DNA from: Malacoraja senta
Taxonomy: Eukaryota
DNA: 58,487 bases
Direction of reading: 5' to 3'
Assembly (NCBI GenBank): GCA_038087875.1
Contig: JAXLNO010000353.1
Coordinates: forward strand, 1 to 58,487
Shown here: positions 37,901-50,921 of the stretch, piece after piece
Layout: each line of letters begins with the position of its first letter
Position numbering within the stretch: position 1 is the stretch's first letter
The notes under the pieces: generated by a model
Seen by the model: the letters and a program-made list of their open reading frames with translations, nothing else
Told to the model about the DNA's origin: nothing
Databases searched by the model: none
Program-made: the position numbers and the translations under genes

Positions 37901-40219
37901 ATGTGGTTTGCTTTGAAAATGCTAAATGTGGTTTGCTTTGAAAATGCAAAAATTGGTTTGCTTTGAAAATGCAAAAGGTGGTTTGCTGGTTTGCAATGAA
38001 AATGCAAAAGGTGGTTTAGTTTGAAGATGCAAAAGGTGGTGGGCTTTGAAAATGCAAAAGGTGATTTGCTTTGAAAATGCAAAAGGTCGTTTGCTTTGAA
38101 AGTGCAAAAGGTAGTTTGCTTTGAAAATGTGAAATGTGGTTTGATTTGAAAATGCAAAAAAGTGGTTTGGTTTGAAAATGCAAAAGGTGGTTTGCTTTGT
38201 AAATGCTATAAGTGGTTTGTTTTCAAAAGGCAAAAGGTGCTTTGCTTTGAAATTGCGAAAGGTGGTTTGCTTTGAAAATGCAAAAGGTGGTTTGCTTTGA
38301 AAATGCGAAAAAAAATTGCTTTGAAAATGCAAAAGGTGGTTTGTTTTGAAAATGCAAAAGGTGGTTTGCTTTGAAAAGGTGGTTTGCTTTGAAAATGCAT
38401 CAGGTGGTTTGCTTTGAAAATGCAAAAGATGGTTAGCTTTGAAAATGCAAAAAGGTTTGCATTGAAAATGCAAAAGATGGTTTGCTTTGAAAATGCAAAT
38501 GGTGGCTCGCTTTGAAAAGGTGGTTTGCTTTCAAAATGCATAAGGTGGTTTGCTTTGAAAATGCATTAGGTGGTTTGCATTGAAAATGCATAACGTTGTT
38601 TGCTTTGAAATTGCACAAAGTGGTTTGCTTTGAAAATGCAAAACATGGTTTGCTTTGAAATGCAAAAGGTGGTTTGCTTTGAAAATTCAAAATGTGGTTT
38701 GCTTTGAAAATGCAAAAAGTGGTTTGCTTTGAAAATGCAAAAGGTGGTTTGCTGTTTGCATTGAAAATGCAAAAGGTGTTTTATTTGAAAATGCAAAAGG
38801 TGGTTTGCTTTGAAAATGCAAAAGGTGATTTGCTTTGAAAATGGTAAATGTGGTTTGCTTTGAAAATGCAAAAAGTGGTTTGCTTTGAAAATGCAAAAGG
38901 TGGTGGGCTTTGAAAATGCAAAAGGTGATTTGCTTTGAAAATGCAAAAGGTGGTTTGCTTTGAAAATGCAAAAGGTCGTTTGCTTTGAAAATGCAAAAGG
39001 TGGTTTGCTGTTTGCATTGAAAATGCAAAAGGTGTTTTAGTTTGAAAATGGAAAAGGTGGTTTGCTTTGAAAATGCAAAAGCTGATTTGCTTTGAAAATG
39101 CTAAATGTGGTTTGCTTTGAAAATGCAAAAAGTGGTTTGCTTTGAAAATGCAAAAGGTGGTTTGCTGGTTTGCAATGAAAATGCAAAAGGTGGTTTACTT
39201 TGAAGATGCAAAAGGTGGTGGGCTTTGAAAATGCAAAAGGTGATTTGCTTTGCAAATGCAAAAGGTCGTTTGCTTTGAAAGTGCAAAAGGTAGTTTGCTT
39301 TGAAAATGTGAAATGTGGTTTGATTTGAAAATGCAAAAAAGTGGTTTGGTTTGAAAATGCAAAAGGTGGTTTGCTTTGTAAATGCTATAAGTGGTTTGCT
39401 TTGAAAAGGCAAAAGGTGCTTTGCTTTGAAATTGCAAAAGGTGGTTTGCTTTGAAAATGCAAAAGGTGGTTTGCTTTGAAAATGCGAAAAAAAATTGCTT
39501 TGAAAATGCAAAAGGTGGTTTGTTTTGAAAATGCAAAAGGTGGTTTGCTTTGAAAATGCAAAAGGTGGTTTGCTTTGAAAATGCAAAAGGTGGTTTGCTT
39601 TGAAAATGCAAAAGGTGGTTTGCTTTGAAAAGGTGGTTTGCTTTGAAAATGCATAAGCTGGTTTGCTTTGAAAATGCAAAAGGTGGTTTGCTTTGAAAAT
39701 GCAAAAGGTGGTTTGCTTTGAAAATGCAAAAGGTGGTTTGCTTTGAAAATGCAAAAAGGTTTGCTTTGAAAATGCAAAAGATGGTTTGCTTTGAAAATGC
39801 AAATGGTGGTTCGCTTTGAAAAGGTGGTTTGCTTTGAAAATGCATAAGGTGGTTTGCTTTGAAAATATAAAAGGTGGTTCGCTTTGAAATTGCAAAAAGT
39901 GGTTTGCTTTGAAAATGCAAAAGGTGGTTTGCTTTGAAAATGCAAAATGTGGTTTGCTTTGAAAATGCAAAAGGTGGTTTGCTTTGAAAATACAAAATGT
40001 GCTTTGCTTTGAAAATGCAGAACGTGATTTGCTTTGAAAATGCAAAAGGTGGTTTGCCATGAAAATGCAAAAGGTGATTTGCTTTGAAAATGCAAAGGCA
40101 AGTGAGGTTGCTTTTAAAATGTAAAGGCAAGTGCGTTTGGTTTGAGAATGCAAAGGCAAGTGCGGTTGCTTTGAAAATGCAAAGGCAAGTGCGGTTGCTT
40201 TGAAAATGCATAGGCAAGT

Positions 40220-40983
40220 GATTCAAAGTCAAATCTTGACCACTTCCTCTTTGCACTGTATATTGGTTTTAGAAAAATCACTTCCACTCACGGCTTCGAG
40301 TTTTGGCTATATTACTCAGTCCCCCTCCAGCTGTCAGGGCCATAGATGAAAAATATAAGACTTATAAATGTTTAAATAATGTTGAAATTCTCTCTCCTGT
40401 CAATCCTGCCATGGAGGACACGCCCCATCCGGTGGGAGGGGGGGGACTATAAACCCGGAAGTGTGGACTTGCCACAGTCGCTGCAAGATGGGGAGGGAGA
40501 GTTCACGACTCTCAGTCTGAGCAGTGAATAAAGTGATCACTGAACACATGTCCGCTAAACTGTGAGTGTGGTTTTATGTGCTTTTATGTGGTTTATTTGG
40601 AACTGTGTTTGGAAGGAATAAATGTTTTTACGTGCCTTTTGAATGTGCCGCTAATTGAAAAGAGTGCCTTTTGACGGTGTCGCTAATTGAAAAGTGTGCC
40701 TCTTGACTGTGCCGCTAATTGAAAAGTGTGCCTTTTGACGGTGCCGCTAATTGAAAACTGTGCCTTTTGACTGTGCCGCTAAGCTGTGCCTATATTTTAA
40801 AATGTAATTAGCTTTATAAATGTGGCTTGCGTTTTAATGTGGCTTGCGTTTTAAATCTGGCTTGCTGTGCAACCGTTTTTGGAAGGAAAAACAGTGATTA
40901 AACGTTTTATTAGATCAGGACTGTGTTTAATGCAAAATTCCCGCAAAATTGCCGCTCATTCCGTGACAGTGCAGAGATGGTGC
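40220..40983 (+). repeat. Interspersed cassette, copy 1 (type A)
   Basis: Unique ~400 bp with CACGCCCC/TATAAA/CCGGAAGT, then a 32-bp repeat x~5 and a 17-18-bp repeat x3. Confidence 0.9.
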
Positions 40984-41477
40984 TGAAAATGCAAAAGGTG
41001 GTTTGTTTTGAAAATGCTAAAGGTGGTTTGCTTTGAAAATGCAAAAGGTGGTTTGCTTTGAAAATGCAAAAGGTGGTTTGGTTTGAAAATGCAAAATGTG
41101 GTTTGCTTTGAAAAGGTGGTTTGCTTTGAAAATGCATAAGGTGGTTAGCTTTGAAAATGCAAAAGATGGTTGGCTTTGAAAATGCAAAAAGGTTTGCTTT
41201 GAAAATGCAAAAGATGGTTTGTTTTGAAAATGCAAATGGTGGTTCGCTTTGAAAAGGTGGTTTGCTTTGAAAATGCATAAGGTGGTTTGCTTTGAAAATG
41301 CAAAAGGTGGTTTGCCATGAAAATGCAAAAGGTGATTTGCTTTGAAAATGCAAAGGCAAGTGAGGTTGCTTTTAAAATGTAAGGGCAAGTGCGTTTGGTT
41401 TGAAAATGCAAAGGCAAGTGCGGTTGCTTTGAAAATGCAAAGGCAAGTGCGGTTGCTTTGAAAATGCATAGGCAAGT

Positions 41478-42275
41478 GATTCAAAGTCAAGTCTTGACCA
41501 CTTCCTGTTTGCACTGTATATTGGTTTTAGAAAAATCACTTCCACTCACGGCTTCGATTTTTGGCCATATTACTCAGTCCCCCTCCAGCTGTCAGGGCCA
41601 TAGATGAAAAATATAAGACTTATAAATGTTTAAATAATGTTGAAATTCTCTCTCCTGTCAATCATGCCATGGAGGACACGCCCCATCCGGTGCGAGGGGG
41701 GGACTATAAACCCGGAAGTGTGGAATTGCCGCAGTCACTGCAAGATGGGGGAGGGAGAGTTCACGACTCTCAGTCTGAGCAGTGAATAAACTGATCACTG
41801 AACACATGTCCCCTAAACTGTGAGTGTGGTTTTATGTGCTTTTATGTGGTTTATTTGGAACTGTGTTTGGAAGGAATAAATGTTTTTACGTGCCTTTTGA
41901 ATGTGCCGCTAATTTAAAAGTGTGCCTTTTGACTGTGCCGCTAATTGAAAAGAGTGTCTTTTGACGGTGTCGCTAATTGAAAAGTGTGCCTCTTGACAGT
42001 GCCGCTAATTGAAAAGTGTGCCTTTTGACGGTGCCGCTAATTGAAAACTGTGCCTTTTGACTGTGCCGCTAAGCTGTGCCTATATTTTAAAATGTGATTT
42101 GCTTTATAAATGTGGCTTGCGTTTTAATGTGGCTTGCGTTTTAAATGTGGCTTGCTGTGCAACCGTTTTTGGAAGGAAAAACAGTGAATAAACGTTTTAT
42201 TAGATCAGGACTGTGTTTAATGCTAAATTCCCGCAAAATTGCCGCTCATTCCGTGACTTAGTGGAGAGATGGTGC
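41478..42275 (+). repeat. Interspersed cassette, copy 2 (type B)
   Basis: Same layout; diagnostic CCGGTGCGAG, GAATTGCCGC, CCCCTAAAC. Confidence 0.9.
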
Positions 42276-45200
42276 TGAAAATGCAAAAGGTGGTTTGTTT
42301 TGAAAATGCAAAAGGTGGTTTGCTTTGAAAATGCAAAAGGTGGTTTGCTTTGAAAATGCAAAAGGTGGTTTGGTTTGAAAATGCAAAATGTGGTTTGCTT
42401 TGTAAAGGTGGTTTGCTTTGAAAATGCGTAAGGTGGTTTGCTTTGAAAATGCAAAAGATGGTTGGCTTTGAAAATGCAAAAAGGTTTGCTTTGAAAATGC
42501 AAAAGATGGTTTGCTTTGAAAATGCAAATGGTGGTTCGCTTTGAAAAGGTGGTTTGCTTTGAAAATGCATAAGGTGGTTTGCTTTGAAAATATAAAAGGT
42601 GGTTCGCTTTGAAATTGCTAAAAGTGGTTTGCTTTGAAAATGCAAAAGTGGTTTGCCATGAAAATGCAAAAGGTGGTTTGCTTTGAAAATGCATTAGGTG
42701 GTTTGCATTGAAAATGCATAACGTTGTTTGCTTTGAAATTGCACAAAGTGGTTTGCTTTGAAAATGCAAAACGTGGTTTGCTTTGAAATGCAAAAGGTGG
42801 TTTGCTTTGAAAATTCAAAATGTGGTTTGCTTTGAAAATGCAAAAAGTGGTTTGCTTTGAAAATGCAAAAGGTGGTTTGCTGTTTGCATTGAAAATGCAA
42901 AAGGTGTTTTATTTGAAAATGCAAAAGGTGGTTTGCTTTGAAAATGCAAAAGGTGATTTGCTTTGAAAATGCTAAATGTGGTTTGCTTTGAAAATGCAAA
43001 AAGTGGTTTGCTTTGAAAATGCAAAAGGTGGTGGGCTTTGAAAATGCAAAAGGTGATTTGCTTTGAAAATGCAAAAGGTCGTTTGCTTTGAAAATGCAAA
43101 AGGTCGTTTGCTTTGAAAGTGCAAAAGGTAGTTTGCTTTGAAAATGTTAAAGGGGGTTTGCTTTGAAAATGCAAAAATGCGGTTTGCTTGAAAATGCAAA
43201 AGGTGGTTTGCTTTGAAAATGCAAAATGTGGTTTGCTTTGTAAAGGTGGTTTGCTTTGAAAATGCGTAAGGTGGTTTGCTTTGAAAATGCAAAAGATGGT
43301 TGGCTTTGAAAATGCAAAAAGGTTTGCTTTGAAAATGCAAAAGATGGTTTGCTTTGAAAATGCAAATGGTGGTTCGCTTTGAAAAGGTGGTTTGCTTTGA
43401 AAATGCATAAGGTGGTTTGCTTTGAAAATATAAAAGGTGGTTCGCTTTGAAATTGCTAAAAGTGGTTTGCTTTGAAAATGCAAAAGTGGTTTGCCATGAA
43501 AATGCAAAAGGTGGTTTGCTTTGAAAATGCATTAGGTGGTTTGCATTGAAAATGCATAACGTTGTTTGCTTTGAAATTGCACAAAGTGGTTTGCTTTGAA
43601 AATGCAAAACGTGGTTTGCTTTGAAATGCAAAAGGTGGTTTGCTTTGAAAATTCAAAATGTGGTTTGCTTTGAAAATGCAAAAAGTGGTTTGCTTTGAAA
43701 ATGCAAAAGGTGGTTTGCTGTTTGCATTGAAAATGCAAAAGGTGTTTTATTTGAAAATGCAAAAGGTGGTTTGCTTTGAAAATGCAAAAGGTGATTTGCT
43801 TTGAAAATGCTAAATGTGGTTTGCTTTGAAAATGCAAAAAGTGGTTTGCTTTGAAAATGCAAAAGGTGGTGGGCTTTGAAAATGCAAAAGGTGATTTGCT
43901 TTGAAAATGCAAAAGGTCGTTTGCTTTGAAAATGCAAAAGGTCGTTTGCTTTGAAAGTGCAAAAGGTAGTTTGCTTTGAAAATGTTAAAGGGGGTTTGCT
44001 TTGAAAATGCAAAAATGCGGTTTGCTTGAAAATGCAAAAGGTGGTTTGCTTTGAAAATGCTAAAACTGGTTTGCTTTGAAAATGCAAAAAGTGGTTTGCT
44101 TTGAAAATGGAAACGGTGGTTTGCTGGGTTGCATTGAAATTGCAAAAGGTGGTTTGCTTTGAAAATGCAAAATCTGGTTTGTTTTGAAAATGCGAAAAAA
44201 AATTGCTTTGAAAATGCAAAATGTTGTTTCTTTGAAAATGCAAAAGGTGGTTTGTATTTAAAATACAAAAGGTGGTTTGTTTTGAAAATGCAAAAGGTGG
44301 TTTGCTTTGGAAATGCAAAAGGTCGTTTGTTTCCAAAATGCAAATGGTCGTTTGCTTTTAAAAATGCAAAAGGTGGTTTGCTTTGAAAATGCAAAAGGTG
44401 GTTTGCTTTGAAAATACAAAATGTGCTTTGCTTTGAAAATGCAAAAGGTGATTTGCTTCGAAAATGCAAAGGTGGTTTGCCATGAAAATGCAAAAGGTGG
44501 TTTGCTTAGACTAGGTGGTTTGCTTTGAATATGCATAAGGTGGCTTGCATTGAAGATGCAAAAGGTTGTTTGCTTTGAAATTGCAAAAAGTGGTTTGCTT
44601 TGAAAATGCAAAACGTGGTTTGCTTTGAAATGCAAAAGGTGGTTTGCTTTGAAAATTCAAAGCGTGGTTTGCTTTGAAAATGCAAAAGGTGGTTTGCTTT
44701 GAAAATGCAAAAGGTCGTTTGCTTTGAAAATGCAAAAGGTGGTTTGCTGTTTGCATTGAAAATGCAAAAGGTGTTTTAGTTTGAAAATGGAAAAGGCGGT
44801 TTGCTTTGAAAATGCAAAAGGTGATTTGCTTTGAAAATGCTAAATGTGGTTTGCTTTGAAAATGCTAAATGTGGTTTGCTTTGAAAATGCAAAAATTGGT
44901 TTGCTTTGAAAATGCAAAAGGTGGTTTGCTGGTTTGCAATGAAAATGCAAAAGGTGGTTTAGTTTGAAGATGCAAAAGGTGGTGGGCTTTGAAAATGCAA
45001 AAGGTGATTTGCTTTGAAAATGCAAAAAAGTGGTTTGGTTTGAAAATGCAAAAGGTGGTTTGCTTTGTAAATGCTATAAGTGGTTTGCTTTCAAAAGGCA
45101 AAAGGTGCTTTGCTTTGAAATTGCAAAAGGTGGTTTGCTTTGAAAATGCAAAAGGTGGTTTGCTTTGAAAATGCGAAAAAAAATTGCTTTGAAAATGCAA

Positions 45201-48200
45201 AAGGTGGTTTGCTTTGAAAATGCAAAAGGTGGTTTGCTTTGAAAATGTGGTTTGCTTTGAAAATGCATAAGGTGGTTTGCTTTGAAAATGCAAAAGATGG
45301 TTAGCTTTGAAAATGCAAAAAGGTTTGCTTTGAAAATGCAAAAGATGGTTTGCTTTGAAAATGCAAATGGTGGCTCGCTTTGAAAAGGTGGTTTGCTTTG
45401 AAAATGCATAAGGTGGTTTGCTTTGAAAATATAAAAGGTGGTTCGCTTTGAAATTGCAAAAAGTGGTTTGCTTTGAAAATGCAAAAGGTGGTTTGCTTTG
45501 AAAATGCAAAAGGTGGTTTGCTTTGAAAATGCAAAAGGTGGTTTGCTTTGAAAATACAAAATGTGCTTTGCTTTGGAAATGCAAAAGGTGATTTGCTTTG
45601 AAAATGCAAAAGGTGGTTTGCCATGAAAATGCAAAAGGTGGTTTGCTTTGAAAATGCATTAGGTGGTTTGCATTGAAAATGCATAACGTTGTTTGCTTTG
45701 AAATTGCACAAAGTGGTTTGCTTTGAAAATGCAAAACGTGGTTTGCTTTGAAATGCAAAAGGTGGTTTGCTTTGAAAATTCAAAATGTGGTTTGCTTTGA
45801 AAATGCAAAAAGTGGTTTGCTTTGAAAATGCAAAAGGTGGTTTGCTGTTTGCATTGAAAATGCAAAAGGTGTTTTATTTGAAAATGCAAAAGGTGGTTTG
45901 CTTTGAAAATGCAAAAGGTGATTTGCTTTGAAAATGGTAAATGTGGTTTGCTTTGAAAATGCAAAAATGGTTTGCTTTGAAAATGCAAAAGGTGGTGGGC
46001 TTTGAAAATGCAAAAGGTGATTTGCTTTGAAAATGCAAAAGGTCGTTTGCTTTGAAAATGCAAAAGGTCGTTTGCTTTGAAAGTGCAAAAGGGACTTTGC
46101 TTTGAAAATGTTAAAGGGGGTTTGCTTTGAAAATGCAAAAATGCGGTTTGCTTGTAAAATGCAAAAGGTGGTTTGCTTTGAAAATGCTAAAACTGGTTTG
46201 CTTTGAAAATGCAAAAAGTGGTTTGCTTTGAAAATGGAAACGGTGGTTTGCTGGGTTGCATTGAAATTGCAAAAGGTGGTTTGCTTTGAAAATGCAAAAG
46301 CTGGTTTGTTTTGAAAATGCGAAAAAAAATTGCTTTGAAAATGCAAAATGTTGTTTCTTTGAAAATGCAAAAGGTGGTTTGTATTGAAAATACAAAAGGT
46401 GGTTTGTTTTGAAAATGCAAAAGGTGGTTTGCTTTGAAAATGCAAAAGGTGGTTTGCTTTGAAAATGCAAAAGGTGGTTTGCTTTGAAAATGCAAAAGCT
46501 GGTTTGTTTTGAAAATGCAAAAGGTGGTTTGCTTTGGAAATGCAAAAGGTCGTTTGTTTCCAAAATGCAAATGTTCGTTTGCTTTAAAAATGTAAAAGGT
46601 GGTTTGCTTTGAAAATGCAAAAGGTGGTTTGCTTTGAAAATACAAAATGTGCTTTGCTTTGAAAATGCAAAAGGTGATTTGCTTTGAAAATGCAAAGGTG
46701 GCTTGCCATGAAAATGCAAAAGGTGGTTTGCTTAGACTAGGTGGTTTGCTTTGAAAATGCATAAGGTGGCTTGCATTGAAGATGCAAAAGGTTGTTTGCT
46801 TTGAAATTGCAAAAAGTGGTTTGCTTTGAAAATGCAAAACGTGGTTTGCTTTGAAATGCAAAAGGTGGTTTGCTTTGAAAATTCAAAGCGTGGTTTGCTT
46901 TGAAAATGCAAAAGGTGGTTTGCTTTGAAAATGCAAAAGGTCGTTTGCTTTGAAAATGCAAAAGGTGGTTTGCTGTTTGCATTGAAAATGCAAAAGGTGT
47001 TTTAGTTTGAAAATGGAAAAGGTGGTTTGCTTTGAAAATGCAAAAGGTGATTTGCTTTGAAAATGCTAAATGTGGTTTGCTTTGAAAATGCAAAAAGTGG
47101 TTTGCTTTGAAAATGCAAAAGGTGGTTTGCTGGTTTGCAATGAAAATGCAAAAGGTGGTTTACTTTGAAGATGCAAAAGGTGGTGGGCTTTGAAAATGCA
47201 AAAGGTGATTTGCTTTGCAAATGCAAAAGGTCGTTTGCTTTGAAAGTGCAAAAGGTAGTTTGCTTTGAAAATGTGAAATGTGGTTTGATTTGAAAATGCA
47301 AAAAAGTGGTTTGGTTTGAAAATGCAAAAGGTGGTTTGCTTTGTAAATGCTATAAGTGGTTTGCTTTGAAAAGGCAAAAGGTGCTTTGCTTTGAAATTGC
47401 AAAAGGTGGTTTGCTTTGAAAATGCAAAAGGTGGTTTGCTTTGAAAATGCGAAAAAAAATTGCTTTGAAAATGCAAAAGGTGGTTTGTTTTGAAAATGCA
47501 AAAGGTGGTTTGCTTTGAAAATGCAAAAGGTGGTTTGCTTTGAAAATGCAAAATGTTGTTTCTTTGAAAATGCAAAAGGTGGTTTGTATTGAAAATACAA
47601 AAGGTGGTTTGTTTTGAAAATGCAAAAGGTGGTTTGCTTTGAAAATGCAAAAGGTGGTTTGCTTTGAAAATGCAAAAGGTGGTTTGCTTTGAAAATGCAA
47701 AAGCTGGTTTGTTTTGAAAATGCAAAAGGTGGTTTGCTTTGGAAATGCAAAAGGTCGTTTGTTTCCAAAATGCAAATGTTCGTTTGCTTTAAAAATGTAA
47801 AAGGTGGTTTGCTTTGAAAATGCAAAAGGTGGTTTGCTTTGAAAATACAAAATGTGCTTTGCTTTGAAAATGCAAAAGGTGATTTGCTTTGAAAATGCAA
47901 AGGTGGCTTGCCATGAAAATGCAAAAGGTGGTTTGCTTAGACTAGGTGGTTTGCTTTGAAAATGCATAAGGTGGCTTGCATTGAAGATGCAAAAGGTTGT
48001 TTGCTTTGAAATTGCAAAAAGTGGTTTGCTTTGAAAATGTAAAACGTGGTTTGCTTTGAAATGCAAAAGGTGGTTTGCTTTGAAAATTCAAAGCGTGGTT
48101 TGCTTTGAAAATGCAAAAGGTGGTTTGCTTTGAAAATGCAAAAGGTCGTTTGCTTTGAAAATGCAAAAGGTGGTTTAGTTTGAAAATGGAAAAGGTGGTT

Positions 48201-49780
48201 TGCTTTGAAAATGCAAAAGGTGATTTGCTTTGAAAATGCTAAATGTGGTTTGCTTTGAAAATGCAAAAAGTGGTTTGCTTTGAAAATGCAAAAGGTGGTT
48301 TGCTGGTTTGCAATGAAAATGCAAAAGGTGGTTTACTTTGAAGATGCAAAAGGTGGTGGGCTTTGAAAATGCAAAAGGTGATTTGCTTTGCAAATGCAAA
48401 AGGTCGTTTGCTTTGAAAATGCAAAAGGTGGTTTGCTTTGAAAATGCGAAAAAAAATTGCTTTGAAAATGCAAAAGGTGGTTTGTTTTGAAAATGCAAAA
48501 GGTGGTTTGCTTTGAAAATGCAAAAGGTGGTTTGCTTTGAAAATGCAAAAGGTGGTTTGCTTTGAAAATGCAAAAGGTGGTTTGCTTTGAAAAGGTGGTT
48601 TGCTTTGAAAATGCATAAGGTGGTTTGCTTTGAAAATGCAAAAAGGTTTGCTTTGAAAATGCAAAAGGTGGTTTGCTTTGAAAATGCAAATGGTGGTTCG
48701 CTTTGAAAAGGTGGTTTGCTTTGAAAATGCAAAAGGTGATTTGCTTTGAAAATGCTAAATGTGGTTTGCTTTGAAAATGCAAAAAGTGGTTTGCTTTGAA
48801 AATGCAAAAGGTGGTTTGCTGGTTTGCAATGAAAATGCAAAAGGTGGTTTACTTTGAAGATGCAAAAGGTGGTGGGCTTTGAAAATGCAAAAGGTGATTT
48901 GCTTTGCAAATGCAAAAGGTCGTTTGCTTTGAAAGTGCAAAAGGTAGTTTGCTTTGAAAATGTGAAATGTGGTTTGATTTGAAAATGCAAAAAAGTGGTT
49001 TGGTTTGAAAATGCAAAAGGTGGTTTGCTTTGTAAATGCTATAAGTGGTTTGCTTTGAAAAGGCAAAAGGTGCTTTGCTTTGAAATTGCAAAAGGTGGTT
49101 TGCTTTGAAAATGCAAAAGGTGGTTTGCTTTGAAAATGCGAAAAAAAATTGCTTTGAAAATGCAAAAGGTGGTTTGTTTTGAAAATGCAAAAGGTGGTTT
49201 GCTTTGAAAATGCAAAAGGTGGTTTGCTTTGAAAATGCAAAAGGTGGTTTGCTTTGAAAATGCAAAAGGTGGTTTGCTTTGAAAATGCAAAAGGTGGTTT
49301 GCTTTGAAAATGCAAAAAGGTTTGCTTTGAAAATGCAAAAGATGGTTTGCTTTGAAAATGCAAATGGTGGTTCGCTTTGAAAAGGTGGTTTGCTTTGAAA
49401 ATGCATAAGGTGGTTTGCTTTGAAAATATAAAAGGTGGTTCGCTTTGAAATTGCAAAAAGTGGTTTGCTTTGAAAATGCAAAAGGTGGTTTGCTTTGAAA
49501 ATGCAAAAGGTGGTTTGCTTTGAAAATGCAAAAGGTGGTTTGCTTTGAAAATACAAAATGTGCTTTGCTTTGAAAATGCAAAAGGTGATTTGCTTTGAAA
49601 ATGCAAAAGGTGGTTTGCCATGAAAATGCAAAAGGTGATTTGCTTTGAAAATGCAAAGGCAAGTGAGGTTGCTTTTAAAATGTAAAGGCAAGTGCGTTTG
49701 GTTTGAGAATGCAAAGGCAAGTGCGGTTGCTTTGAAAATGCAAAGGCAAGTGCGGTTGCTTTGAAAATGCATAGGCAAGT

Positions 49781-50545
49781 GATTCAAAGTCAAATCTTGA
49801 CCACTTCCTGTTTGCACTGTATATTGGTTTTAGAAAAATCACTTCCACTCACGGCTTCGATTTTTGGCCATATTACTCAGTCCCCCTCCAGCTGTCAGGG
49901 CCATAGATGAAAAATATAAGACTTATAAATGTTTAAATAATGTTGAAATTCTCTCTCCTGTCAATCATGCCATGGAGGACACGCCCCATCCGGTGGGAGG
50001 GGGGGACTATAAACCCGGAAGTGTGGACTTGCCACAGTCGCTGCAAGATGGGGAGGGAGAGTTCACGACTCTCAGTCTGAGCAGTGAATAAACTGATCAC
50101 TGAACACATGTCCGCTAAACTGTGGGTGTGGTTTTATGTGCTTTTATGTGGTTTATTTGGAACTGTGTTTGGAAGGAATAAATGTTTTTACGTGCCTTTT
50201 GAATGTGCCGCTAATTGAAAAGAGTGCCTTTTGACGGTGTCGCTAATTGAAAAGTGTGCCTCTTGACTGTGCCGCTAATTGAAAAGTGTGCCTTTTGACG
50301 GTGCCGCTAATTGAAAACTGTGCCTTTTGACTGTGCCGCTAAGCTGTGCCTATATTTTAAAATGTAATTAGCTTTATAAATGTGGCTTGCGTTTTAATGT
50401 GGCTTGCGTTTTAAATCTGGCTTGCTGTGCAACCGTTTTTGGAAGGAAAAACAGTGATTAAACGTTTTATTAGATCAGGACTGTGTTTAATGCAAAATTC
50501 CCGCAAAATTGCCGCTCATTCCGTGACTTAGTGCAGAGATGGTGC
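49781..50545 (+). repeat. Interspersed cassette, copy 3 (type A)
   Basis: Matches copy 1 at an offset of 9561 bp. Confidence 0.9.
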
Positions 50546-50921
50546 TGAAAATGCAAAAGGTGGTTTGTTTTGAAAATGCAAAAGGTGGTTTGCTTTGAAA
50601 ATGCAAAAGGTGGTTGGCTTTGAAAATGCAAAAAGGTTTTCTTTGAAAATGCAAAAGATGGTTTGTTTTGAAAATGCAAATGGTGGTTCGCTTTGAAAAG
50701 GTGGTTTGCTTTGAAAATGCATAAGGTGGTTTGCTTTGAAAATGCAAAAGGTGGTTTGCCATGAAAATGCAAAAGGTGATTTGCTTTGAAAATGCAAAGG
50801 CAAGTGAGGTTGCTTTTAAAATGTAAGGGCAAGTGCGTTTGGTTTGAAAATGCAAAGGCAAGTGCGGTTGCTTTGAAAATGCAAAGGCAAGTGCGGTTGC
50901 TTTGAAAATGCATAGGCAAAT

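Larger units (their letters stand above)
28996..50920. repeat. 25-bp satellite GAAAATGCAAAAGGTGGTTTGCTTT, roughly 750-800 units, with higher-order structure
   Basis: 25-bp period read directly (e.g. 39551-39625); 22-bp and divergent units at the left edge; interrupted by cassettes. Confidence 0.97.

Noticed and set aside
41561..41785. Recurrent 75-aa ORF MAILLSPPPAV... in the cassettes
   Set aside because: TTG start, C-termini differ by G-run indels, no recognisable domain
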